This document shows, piece by piece, positions 17,273 through 25,240 of a stretch of 25,240 nt of DNA; within the stretch, counting starts at the first letter, position 1; every line of letters begins with the position of its first letter. The stretch comes from a virus (taxonomy: Duplodnaviria; Caudoviricetes): IMG/VR virus record IMGVR_UViG_3300047308_000014, positions 1 to 25,240 of that record, one strand, 5' to 3'. A program made the position numbers and the translations under genes. Under the pieces are notes generated by a model. The model made no database searches, was not told where the DNA came from, and was given only the letters and a program-made list of their open reading frames with translations.

Positions 17273-18382
17273 TTATCGGCGGCGTTTGTTTGCCGCCAAC
17301 ATGGTTGCTAAAAGGTCCCGACTCGCATTCTTATCGCCTGCCGCCGCTTTCCTTTGAAGTTCTTCGTTTTGGGTGCTGGGTGAGGTTTTAGCCCTGGCAG
17401 TTGGCTTACTAGCCGCCGCCAAAGATCCACCTGCATTTTTTACCTTGGGTCCTTCTCGGAATTTCATCCCATCCCGAATAAGACCTAAGAGATATTCATC
17501 ACTGGACACCAAATCAATGTTTTGGACACCAGGGACAAATGAACCACTTGCACCTTTCCACTCTTTAGACAACTTATCACGGAGTTCGCTAAAAGTTGCC
17601 TTGTTGGCTAGTTCTTTGTCGGCAAAACTTTGTCTTGACCGCTCTAACTGCTCTTTTACAAAAGCAGATCGGTGTTCAAAAAACTGCTCAACTCTGGGGC
17701 GGTTAGCTTTGATGAACGATGACTTCTCTTCTATCAGCGCAGAGTTTTGGCGTATTGCCGCTTCTGCTTCGCTACGTCTGATTTCATCAGTAGCGTTTTG
17801 ATAGATTTGTTGCCATTGCTGGTTATATTGCTGAAGGGTTACCAGTTCGTCTGCCGCAGTTTGTAGCTGTGGGACTACTGTTAACTCTAAACCAATTTGT
17901 AAACCATCAAGTTCACTTCGGCGTTTTGCCTCATATTCTTCAAAATCAGCACGTTCGGTTTTAAGCTTACGAGCATTTTCATCAATGTCGCTGGTTTGAC
18001 CAAGAAGAGTCGCCGCTTTCTTAGCTGTGATCTCAATAAACCCACCTTCGGCGTTTTTATTAGGAATCCGCAGTTTTAGATTTGGGTTCTCATCTGCAAA
18101 CTCAAAGAAATTAACTGGGTCACTAACTCCTTCGGAGGGATCATCAGTATTCTCTTCGCTTACAGTTTCTTCAGTTTCACCTTCAACATTTTCAGGTTCG
18201 GCCTCCAAATCAGGAGCCGCCTCGGGGGAAGATTTCTCTTCTTGTCCCGCTGGTGGCGGTTGACTACCATTTGGCTGGGGATTGTTTCGCCTGTTGGCGG
18301 CAATCATTCCAGCAATAGCGTCAACTGGGTTTGCGCTACCAGTTTGCTCTGTGACGGTCGAGTTTTCGATAACGTCTGACAT
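17273..18382 (-). CDS. Capsid scaffolding protein
   Basis: 369 aa with an acidic disordered N-terminus, long coiled coil and basic C-terminal helix (AAAGDKNASRDLL..KRRR). Lies between portal and capsid genes. Confidence 0.78.
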   Translation of the reverse strand: MSDVIENSTVTEQTGSANPVDAIAGMIAANRRNNPQPNGSQPPPAGQEEKSSPEAAPDLEAEPENVEGETEETVSEENTDDPSEGVSDPVNFFEFADENPNLKLRIPNKNAEGGFIEITAKKAATLLGQTSDIDENARKLKTERADFEEYEAKRRSELDGLQIGLELTVVPQLQTAADELVTLQQYNQQWQQIYQNATDEIRRSEAEAAIRQNSALIEEKSSFIKANRPRVEQFFEHRSAFVKEQLERSRQSFADKELANKATFSELRDKLSKEWKGASGSFVPGVQNIDLVSSDEYLLGLIRDGMKFREGPKVKNAGGSLAAASKPTARAKTSPSTQNEELQRKAAAGDKNASRDLLATMLAANKRRR

Positions 18383-18385
18383 ATG

Positions 18386-18727
18386 CTATTCCTTTTTCGT
18401 TAAAGTTTCAACATTTTTATTTGCCACTTTAGCGAGAAATTCACTCTTTTCGACAAAGGTAATGAAATCCCGGACTCCAGCAACATAATATGCGTTCTCA
18501 ATTCTTTCTGAATCGCCTTTACTATCTTCAAGGCGGCTTAACATGTCAAACCTGTACAGGTTAAACATCAATGCAAAATCTTCGCTACGCAAAAGCCGAC
18601 CTGCGGCCTCTCCGTTTTGAATTACTAGAGTTCGTTGTTCAGGATTACCCCCTTTTTGTGCATCTATCCCCTTGGTTCTTCGGTTGAAGTGTTCTCTGAT
18701 CTTAGTTACTATGCTATTCATTGCCAT
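18386..18727 (-). CDS. Hypothetical protein between portal and scaffold
   Basis: 113 aa; the start may be ATG 18721 given AAGGA spacing. The GEAAGRLLRSEDF..ERIENAYY helical pattern is typical of the small post-portal gene. Confidence 0.75.
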   Translation of the reverse strand: MAMNSIVTKIREHFNRRTKGIDAQKGGNPEQRTLVIQNGEAAGRLLRSEDFALMFNLYRFDMLSRLEDSKGDSERIENAYYVAGVRDFITFVEKSEFLAKVANKNVETLTKKE

Positions 18728-18730
18728 CCT

Positions 18731-20884
18731 TTAATCAATTTGTACGGCGCTTAACTTTCCACGTTTTGCCGCAATTCCCTCAAACATGTTGTCCATGTCA
18801 ATGTCTTCAGCTTGTTTGTACAGCAACGCTGTTTTTGCCGCTGTTTCTTCCACTTTAGATTTATTGAGATCAACCTTTGATTGGGTTTCTTGCTGTTCAG
18901 GGCTGGGACCTTGAGCCGCCTTGGCCTGCACAATCTTTGCCGCTTCGTCAAAAGTAGGCAGGTATGCATCGCAGTGCTTAACACCCAAGGCATAGAGCGT
19001 GTCTTCGTAAGGACGGCGTAATTTTGCAAACAACTCAGGCACTTCTGGAGACATCTGAGTGAGCGCCTGGGCAAAAGCAGTCTGAGCCTGGATGATCAAC
19101 TGTTGACGGGTTAAGCGGTTTTCTTCGGACAAGAACCCCAAAGCCATGTCAATGTTGATCATGCGGCGATCAATAAAGTCGTAGTTTTCCATTGACTTGG
19201 CATCAAGAAAATCTTGGCCTTCCATGCAAGCGTTTGCCAGTTGCTGGATGTTGTAGTCATCAGAATACTGAATCATGGTCTTCCAGACGATATAAATTGC
19301 GTCTTTCAAGCCAATGGCGCAGTTCTTAATCATCTCATCTTGGATCAACTGATTTGGACCCATTGCCAATTGCAACTTGTACCCGCTGTTTCCGTCTTTC
19401 ATCACCTCTGGATTGAGGGTGTCGTTGGGATTGGTCATGCCAAGCATTGCCATCTTGTCGGCATCAAACCGATCCATAGCGTCTTGTATATACGCAAGGT
19501 TGCCTTGCATTGGGGCAAACTCAAATACGTGCTTACCTGGATCAAATTTGCGGTCCAAAATAAACATGGCAGATACACCACGTTGTATTTCTTCAGCGTC
19601 AATAAACTCTGGGTTGACACCAATGCGTGGGGTAGATGCCTGCAAAGCAAAAGCAATCTCAGCACGGTTGATAGCGGTTTTGTATTCCTGCAAAGGAACC
19701 AAACGCTCACCCTGGGAATACCCAAAGAAGTTGCCCACAATGGGTTTGGGGCACATGCTTGCCAATGGGATGAAATCGACTTCTTTGATATACAGGATGT
19801 AGGAGCCTGAATAGCAGATCTCTACTGTTTCTTCTTCTCCGTCACCGTCTACATCCCGGCGCATCCAGCAGGTGGTCAGCATAACCACACGGCTAAACCG
19901 ATCAGCGCCAGCAGAAGCAATTACGCCTTGACCAGGGACAGGGGTTGAATCTCGTGCGTGGAGAGCCAAATCGTTTTCCAAAGCACCAGCTTGGTAAGCA
20001 CCAGCAGGACCGTAGGCGGCATGTTCAGCAAATGACTCGAGTTCAATATACGGGTACTGTTGTTTGGCCTCATGGATAGTCATGGGCTGGTAGAAACCAC
20101 AGAAGTCTTGGTTTTGAATGCCAGGAATAGTGGGGTTACAGACAAAGTAGTGTTGTGCAACGTGCTTAATACGGATGTTGGTTGAGTAACCAGTCATCTT
20201 GTATTTGGCACGATATATCGTATTGGCTTTAATGCTGTCTTCCATGTCGACCGATGCACCTGTCTCATCAGGCATCATGGTTTCTTGCATCACGCCTTCA
20301 AGGTTGACATCAATACGGCGCATTTGCTGGCGCTTGGTAGTCAGACCTTTGTCAGCCGCCATGATCTCAAAAGAACGCAATTGATCTTTAGTGCCTTCAA
20401 CTTCTTTGTACTGGGTAATGGGTTCTCGCACGGGGGAGATCATCACAATGCCGTTTTTGTGGAGCAATGCGTCTTGCGTCCAATCACGGATGATTTGATA
20501 TGCATCGTTTTTGCTGTTAATGAAGTATTTCACCATGTCAGCGGCTTGCATTGAGCCAACATCAGCTTCGTTAAACTTCTGGAATTCAAAGTTAACTTCA
20601 CCGTCAGGCATCAGGCCTTTGGTAATGACAGCGGTTGAATAATCAATACCAGGGGTAACGACTGGAGCAATATAATCAATGCCCCGAATAGGTTCTGTAG
20701 AGTTGGATACTGGGATGTTCAGATAGTGATAATCCGTCATCCGATTGAGGGTGTTTTTAGCTTGAGTCAGTCTCAAGTAATCCACCATTTTTAAGTAAGC
20801 TTCGTGGGCTACTTTGTACTCAATTCCTTTATTGCCAGGAGGACTTTCCAAGCTTTCCACAACGATGTTTTGTTTGTCCAGCAT
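18731..20884 (-). CDS. Portal protein (P22-like)
   Basis: 717 aa immediately after the large terminase, with DALLHKNGI, DVDGDGEEE and PKPIVGNFFGYS motifs and a Q/A/K-rich C-terminal barrel-like coiled coil. Confidence 0.88.
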   Translation of the reverse strand: MLDKQNIVVESLESPPGNKGIEYKVAHEAYLKMVDYLRLTQAKNTLNRMTDYHYLNIPVSNSTEPIRGIDYIAPVVTPGIDYSTAVITKGLMPDGEVNFEFQKFNEADVGSMQAADMVKYFINSKNDAYQIIRDWTQDALLHKNGIVMISPVREPITQYKEVEGTKDQLRSFEIMAADKGLTTKRQQMRRIDVNLEGVMQETMMPDETGASVDMEDSIKANTIYRAKYKMTGYSTNIRIKHVAQHYFVCNPTIPGIQNQDFCGFYQPMTIHEAKQQYPYIELESFAEHAAYGPAGAYQAGALENDLALHARDSTPVPGQGVIASAGADRFSRVVMLTTCWMRRDVDGDGEEETVEICYSGSYILYIKEVDFIPLASMCPKPIVGNFFGYSQGERLVPLQEYKTAINRAEIAFALQASTPRIGVNPEFIDAEEIQRGVSAMFILDRKFDPGKHVFEFAPMQGNLAYIQDAMDRFDADKMAMLGMTNPNDTLNPEVMKDGNSGYKLQLAMGPNQLIQDEMIKNCAIGLKDAIYIVWKTMIQYSDDYNIQQLANACMEGQDFLDAKSMENYDFIDRRMINIDMALGFLSEENRLTRQQLIIQAQTAFAQALTQMSPEVPELFAKLRRPYEDTLYALGVKHCDAYLPTFDEAAKIVQAKAAQGPSPEQQETQSKVDLNKSKVEETAAKTALLYKQAEDIDMDNMFEGIAAKRGKLSAVQID

Positions 20885-20885
20885 A

Positions 20886-22478
20886 TTAAATCCTCTGCAT
20901 CTTGCCCTCTATGGGCTTAAAGCGTTTTTGCACAAAATTGTTTGTCCTGCTGACCAAAGATTCCCCGTGCCCTTGGATCAGCGCCAAAACGCCAATCCTG
21001 GCTGAGTCAATGTGATCATCAGGATCAGAAAACCGCCCAGCGTCATCAATGGCGTAGTTTCTAGCTTCATCAAGGAATGCTTTGCAGGATTCATTGATCA
21101 TAAAAGAATTACGCTCCATACCCATCCGCATTATATTGATTCCGTATGCTTTGTGGTTAGTGACTTTGCCTTGATCGTTTGGCGGGTTAAGAATAGCACC
21201 TGGAATACAGTTTAGTCCATATGTATCTTCAAAAACCTCTCGGATAGATTGTTCCGTCAGCGTATATCGTCCAGCAGTGGCGGCATCATGCGGCAAAGCA
21301 ATAGGCACCCCCCTGGAATCGTTGTCCATCAAATAATGCACATATTCGTCTGGAGTCTCACCCATAGGGACCGTCACTTGTCTGTGCAAGTAAATCATCT
21401 CAGCCACTGGATCTCTAAAGAAAAAGCTAATCACGGTGGGGTCGTTTTTAATCCCCAAATCAAAGCTAATTAACCGCTCAAGCTTTTCATTATTCTTAAG
21501 ATCAAGGTCTATTGTTTTATATGTGGGCCAATTAAGAAGCGGAAAGACCACGCCTTTGCCTACCAATGGAATGCCTTTCATGCGGCAGTCTCGCTCCCAC
21601 GGCATAAAGTCTCGGGCTAGTTGTTCCCGCTCTTTCTGGGAGAAGAATTCCTCACCCCATTCATTCTTAAATGGCACATCATCCCAGGTCACCCGCACGT
21701 GGCAGTAGCCATCGATGTTGTCCCAGAACTTACGCACTAGCCCTGAGAGTCCTTTAAGGGGCGTGAATGAACAGATAACCTGTCCTTCTCTAGACGCTGT
21801 ACGCACAACAAGTTCTGAGAAAGTTTCGTCTGGAGGTTGTTCGTCAAGCACGACAAGATCCAACTCAAATCCCTGGAGGTGTCGGACTTGCTGTGTGTAG
21901 TTGGAGAAATACAGCTTAGACTTTCCACCTGAGATGTGCCAGACTTCAATGGCAAGGACGTTGGCTCCGTCTGATCGAATGGATTTTTCATCAATCTTGT
22001 CCTTTGGAATAGTCCCAGAACCTAGCTTGTACCCTTGCTTAATATCATCGCAACCCAGCAATTTAGACTGCAATGTCTTAGCTACCTGCTCCCAGGATTC
22101 CCCGGCGCACATAGCCACAATGGGCTTATCCCACACCTTACCGTCCCAGTCGGGAGGATAAATGCCTGTCAAATGATAGGCTGTCTCAAAGGTAGACGCA
22201 ATGGTTTTGCCAGCACGGTTAGCCGCAATCATGCCCCGGCGGCTAAATTCTTTGCCAGTCTTAAAAAATTTCTTTTGATACGGAAAGGGACGGAACCACT
22301 TTAACTGGTTAAATTGCATGTCTTGTGCAACTTTGTCCCTGGCTATCTTCATAGCCTTGAGTTGTTCAGGGCTGAGATACTTGATGGCTTTCTTACCGCC
22401 AGCAAGCTGAACCATGTGCTTTAACGCCCGATCTTTGTAGATCGGTAGTATGTATTCACTGGATTCACTCTTTGCCAT
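20886..22478 (-). CDS. terL: Terminase large subunit (P22 gp2-like)
   Basis: Adenine-binding PYQ, Walker A AANRAGKT, Walker B LVVLDE, coupling motif SFTP, and nuclease acidic residues FDLG..DPT and DDHIDSAR. Confidence 0.95.
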   Translation of the reverse strand: MAKSESSEYILPIYKDRALKHMVQLAGGKKAIKYLSPEQLKAMKIARDKVAQDMQFNQLKWFRPFPYQKKFFKTGKEFSRRGMIAANRAGKTIASTFETAYHLTGIYPPDWDGKVWDKPIVAMCAGESWEQVAKTLQSKLLGCDDIKQGYKLGSGTIPKDKIDEKSIRSDGANVLAIEVWHISGGKSKLYFSNYTQQVRHLQGFELDLVVLDEQPPDETFSELVVRTASREGQVICSFTPLKGLSGLVRKFWDNIDGYCHVRVTWDDVPFKNEWGEEFFSQKEREQLARDFMPWERDCRMKGIPLVGKGVVFPLLNWPTYKTIDLDLKNNEKLERLISFDLGIKNDPTVISFFFRDPVAEMIYLHRQVTVPMGETPDEYVHYLMDNDSRGVPIALPHDAATAGRYTLTEQSIREVFEDTYGLNCIPGAILNPPNDQGKVTNHKAYGINIMRMGMERNSFMINESCKAFLDEARNYAIDDAGRFSDPDDHIDSARIGVLALIQGHGESLVSRTNNFVQKRFKPIEGKMQRI

Positions 22479-22653
22479 ACAAGTCTCGCAGGCTTAACAA
22501 GATCTCTGCGGCTGATGCCAAGTAATAGATCTCAATAGGCTGAAGCTTGTTTGCCCCCTGAAGGTCTTTTTGCAACCATTCAAGGGTTTTTCTTGCACAC
22601 ACTTCAGCCTGCCCAGACAACCTTTGGCGAAATACCTCGGTGTAGTCGCTCAT
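22465..22653 (-). CDS. Small hypothetical protein overlapping terL start
   Basis: 62 aa, helical. Abuts the upstream stop and overlaps terL by 14 nt. Confidence 0.7.
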   Translation of the reverse strand: MSDYTEVFRQRLSGQAEVCARKTLEWLQKDLQGANKLQPIEIYYLASAAEILLSLRDLYGKE

Positions 22654-23295
22654 TTAAGCCCACGGATTGGCAATATTCTTTTGGGCAATAGCCACAACTT
22701 CTTTGTCAATCAAAGGCCAAATGCCGCTACCTTTTTCACCAACACAGTACGTGTACAGACCACGGCCTTCTTTGGTCAAAGTGCCATCAGCACGGCGCAA
22801 AACAGTCTCTGGTGTACGGGGGTCTAACCACGTATATTTCTCAGGCTGTACTTGACCGTACTTGTTAAGCCGGGACCCAACAGCGACTTTCTCTACTGGA
22901 GCCACAATCTGGAAAGTGATCACACCGTTTTCATATTTCTTGAAATCGATTGCCACTTTTTTATCCGACTGAGGGTCATCAGGGTGAGGCATGTTGGTGG
23001 CCCCAAAGTAATGCACCTGTGAATCCTCGGAAGGTAGATCTTCACTTCTTGCAGGCATGATACGCAACTCATCTTCAGGGATAAGTTCACGCCGATCTAC
23101 ATACGGATTTTCGTCCGTCAGGAATTCACCGGGGACTTTCTTGCCCTCTAGTGCATTACGGGCGGCGTGGTACTGGTCTTCTTTTGGTTTGCCAACAAGG
23201 TCCAGAGCAATCTGGGTCTTATCGTAAACAAATTGGGCCAGTTCTTTAGCCGTGGGAAGGTCGGCCTTTAAGGCCTCAATGTCATACGTTGCCAT
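22654..23295 (-). CDS. Hypothetical protein
   Basis: 213 aa with SD AGGA; co-oriented. No motif recognised. Confidence 0.8.
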   Translation of the reverse strand: MATYDIEALKADLPTAKELAQFVYDKTQIALDLVGKPKEDQYHAARNALEGKKVPGEFLTDENPYVDRRELIPEDELRIMPARSEDLPSEDSQVHYFGATNMPHPDDPQSDKKVAIDFKKYENGVITFQIVAPVEKVAVGSRLNKYGQVQPEKYTWLDPRTPETVLRRADGTLTKEGRGLYTYCVGEKGSGIWPLIDKEVVAIAQKNIANPWA

Positions 23296-23307
23296 GCTAT
23301 TCCTTGT

Positions 23308-23448
23308 TTACTCTTCTACTACAATCTCATCACCAACCTGGGGACGGTGTTGAGCCACATAATCAAAAGACAAAATCTGTTTAGATCCGTCTTCCAACAC
23401 TGCAATGATTTCGTTGTTTTCACCACGTTCAAATTCGGTAATCTTCAT
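23308..23448 (-). CDS. Small hypothetical protein
   Basis: Start moved to ATG 23448, 1 nt after the upstream stop; 46 aa, MKITEFERGENNEII..YVAQHRPQVGDEIVVEE. Confidence 0.65.
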   Translation of the reverse strand: MKITEFERGENNEIIAVLEDGSKQILSFDYVAQHRPQVGDEIVVEE

Positions 23449-23449
23449 A

Positions 23450-23668
23450 TCAAACCTTTGAGGGAACAGAGGGTTTAGTGAACTTGCCACCACGGACATT
23501 GTTGGTGTGTTGGCTAGAAACAGTCAAGACTTTGTAGGCATTCTCAACAGCAGTAGCCACCGTTTGACGGCGCTCATTCTCTGCGGCATGGCCTTTAAGT
23601 TTGTCGTTAATGCCCTTAGTCAGGCCTTTACGCATAGCGGCACCACCGCTGATTACTTTTCCGTACAT
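23450..23668 (-). CDS. Small basic hypothetical protein
   Basis: 72 aa with SD GAGG upstream; fills the operon without overlap. Confidence 0.7.
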   Translation of the reverse strand: MYGKVISGGAAMRKGLTKGINDKLKGHAAENERRQTVATAVENAYKVLTVSSQHTNNVRGGKFTKPSVPSKV

Positions 23669-23675
23669 GATGACC

Positions 23676-23948
23676 TCACTTCAAATAGGAAGAAGAGCGA
23701 TAGTCATCGTTGCAACCATAGTTGGAAGCAGGACGAGACACTTGGACTTTCTGATTGCGAGAGACAACATTGCCGCCAGCAGAAGGAGCGCCTTGTGAGC
23801 CAGCGGCAAGTGCCGTGTTGCCCATAGAACCAGTGATAGAAGTCACGCCGCCGCCTTTTTTGGCAGGGTGCTTATCAATGTTGCCTTTGCGATTTGGAGC
23901 CTGCGCCATCAGCGTAGGAGCCTTATTACCAGATGTATAACCGCTCAT
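23676..23948 (-). CDS. Small disordered Gly/Ser-rich hypothetical protein
   Basis: 90 aa, with an ATGA overlap with the upstream ORF. Confidence 0.7.
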   Translation of the reverse strand: MSGYTSGNKAPTLMAQAPNRKGNIDKHPAKKGGGVTSITGSMGNTALAAGSQGAPSAGGNVVSRNQKVQVSRPASNYGCNDDYRSSSYLK

Positions 23949-24088
23949 TTTGAACCCTTTCGTTTGGCTTGAGCATCACGTTTAATTTGGTAAGCAATCG
24001 CAACCGCTTGGTCTTGTGGCTTACCCGCCTTCACTTCCGTCTTCACATTCTGGGAGAAAGCTTTCTCCGTCTTAGACTTGGTCAGCAT
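23945..24088 (-). CDS. Small basic phage protein (GKPQxQAVAIAY type)
   Basis: Not in the ORF track. 47 aa, MLTKSKTEKAFSQNVKTEVKAGKPQDQAVAIAYQIKRDAQAKRKGSK, a motif often seen near phage packaging genes. Coupled to neighbours at both ends. Confidence 0.8.
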   Translation of the reverse strand: MLTKSKTEKAFSQNVKTEVKAGKPQDQAVAIAYQIKRDAQAKRKGSK

Positions 24089-24089
24089 A

Positions 24090-24452
24090 TTACACCTTTT
24101 TAAGAGATTCCATGAAATCTTTCAACGCCTGATCAGCATCCACCTCTTCATCCCTGGTGATGTTCTGAACGTGTTCAATCGAGATAATAGGTGCCCTTGA
24201 ACTCTCAAAGGTAGCCAGCTTTTCAGCAATTCTAGACTTCTCTTTAATGTCCAACTCATCAGACTGCATAGCCTCAATCAGAACATCCATAGCCGTTTTC
24301 AATGGAGGTAGACCCATTGATAGGCGTTCTTCATTGAGTTTATTAAAGTGAGCGCCATACTCAGTGACTTTGTTGACAATAGATTTGGGTCGACCACCTT
24401 TGTTCTTGCGAAAGTCAGTGACCTTAGATCCCTCTGGCCTCATTTCAAACAT
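24090..24452 (-). CDS. Putative terminase small subunit
   Basis: 120 aa with an N-terminal basic NKGGRPK motif followed by helices (AMDVLIEAM, KSRIAEKLA). Upstream of terL. Confidence 0.5.
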   Translation of the reverse strand: MFEMRPEGSKVTDFRKNKGGRPKSIVNKVTEYGAHFNKLNEERLSMGLPPLKTAMDVLIEAMQSDELDIKEKSRIAEKLATFESSRAPIISIEHVQNITRDEEVDADQALKDFMESLKKV

Positions 24453-24943
24453 GCAATACCTTTCTCAGTTCGTATCCAAGCGTAAGAGCCATTCACTGTG
24501 AACCCACGCTTTTTGTGAATCTTCATAAACCCATCATGCTCCCCCCTAATAGAAGTAGAGCAAACAACAGGCACACCCCAAGTATGCGCCCAAAGTATAT
24601 GCTGGTCAATCATCTCATTAATCATCCGCACCCTTGTCTTTACAGGTAGCTGTAGATCAAGGTGGTGGAACTTAGCATTACTGATCTCTTCATTGCTGTA
24701 GGTTGTATAACCTCCCCGGTCAAACCAGCAAAAGCCTAGCAGTTCATCAAGGGGTTCACATCTACAAACCGCAATAAACTCACGGCCCTTATTAAATATC
24801 TGCTCAGTAGTGGCAACCGTTAACCTATGCCTAAACACTGCTCTATCTCTAGTAAGCACCCCATCTATCTCCGCTCCATAGATAGAGTCACTCATCTCAA
24901 CCATATCATCAATGTCATACAAAGGGTGCGCCAATGACCACAT
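24440..24943 (-). CDS. GNAT-fold acyltransferase-like protein
   Basis: 167 aa following GNAT topology: DIDDMVEM helix, FIAV..LLGFCW strands, WAHTWGVPVV, and FMKIHKKRGF resembling the motif-B (xYxxxGF) end. The canonical RxxGxG loop is not obvious. Confidence 0.55.
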   Translation of the reverse strand: MWSLAHPLYDIDDMVEMSDSIYGAEIDGVLTRDRAVFRHRLTVATTEQIFNKGREFIAVCRCEPLDELLGFCWFDRGGYTTYSNEEISNAKFHHLDLQLPVKTRVRMINEMIDQHILWAHTWGVPVVCSTSIRGEHDGFMKIHKKRGFTVNGSYAWIRTEKGIACLK

Positions 24944-24962
24944 ACTATGCCTTTCAATAGGT

Positions 24963-25097
24963 TGTTGGTGGCTACTGGCCCAGTCAATTCACCACCGCAA
25001 TCCGCAATGGAACCACCAACACGGCTGGGCACTGTTTGTCCAACGAGCAAGAAGCCTCAATTGGCTACCTGTGGCTGGCAATCCCCATGCGTGTTAA
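24963..25097 (-). ncRNA. Candidate structured leader RNA with two overlapping multistem domains
   Basis: Stem A pairs 25079-25095 with 25018-25034. Stem B pairs 25011-25021 with 24963-24973 and encloses two hairpins. G-U pairs favour the minus strand. Confidence 0.5.
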
Positions 25098-25107
25098 TGC
25101 TGGCGAC

Positions 25108-25113
25108 AGTATA
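25108..25113 (-). promoter_or_regulatory. Possible sigma70 -10 element (TATACT) for the late operon leader
   Basis: TATACT lies ~11 nt upstream of the structured leader. No convincing -35 or TGn extension is present. Confidence 0.3.
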
Positions 25114-25240
25114 CCCATATCTTGGAAAGAAATGGAAGCACCTAGGGACTGTGGGTGTAAGGAGGGAAGGAAGGGAAGGGAGTGGTGGGAAAGCTTTGGG
25201 GCAAAAAAGTTTTTGTAAAAATTTTGGGAATGGGGGAGTG

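Noticed and set aside
19214-19810. 198-aa and 141-aa plus-strand ORFs within the portal gene
   Set aside because: They are fully antisense to a clear portal gene and have no recognisable features.
24963-25021. tRNA or hammerhead ribozyme in the leader
   Set aside because: It lacks the TTC T-loop and cloverleaf spacing of a tRNA, and lacks the CUGANGA/GAAA hammerhead core.
24912-25218. Two ~60-aa plus-strand ORFs at the right end
   Set aside because: They have weak starts and atypical composition, and they overlap the structured leader and the low-complexity G-tract.
1-25240. Alternative genetic code (stop-codon reassignment)
   Set aside because: Terminase, portal, capsid and tail genes are full length and tile the window under the standard code.

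Overview
The window is the virion morphogenesis (late) region of a tailed dsDNA phage, most likely a P22-like podovirus. About 32 tightly packed genes all lie on the minus strand, and no tape measure, sheath or prohead protease gene is recognisable. In transcription order (right to left) they encode: a structured non-coding leader, a GNAT-fold protein, a putative small terminase, six small ORFs, large terminase, portal, scaffold, major capsid protein (DUF5309/SU10-like), head-tail adaptor, a collagen/C1q-like fibre and a short paralogue, an S74-chaperoned tail fibre, an HNH-AP2 endonuclease, two small fibre-associated proteins, a GT2-TPR glycosyltransferase, a nozzle-like protein, another tail protein with a small tip partner, probable ejection proteins and small membrane-type genes. 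The gene families resemble those of uncultured freshwater phages, but the host cannot be determined. The strongest candidate for an undescribed system is a virion-protein modification set: a GT2-TPR glycosyltransferase near a Thr-rich GPT-collagen fibre, echoing the spore BclA/SgtA pair, plus a GNAT and ejection proteins with MGxxxS termini. There are also three compact RNA structures: a leader switch, a post-capsid hairpin and an H-type pseudoknot. Family calls come from motif recognition and synteny only; no searches were run.
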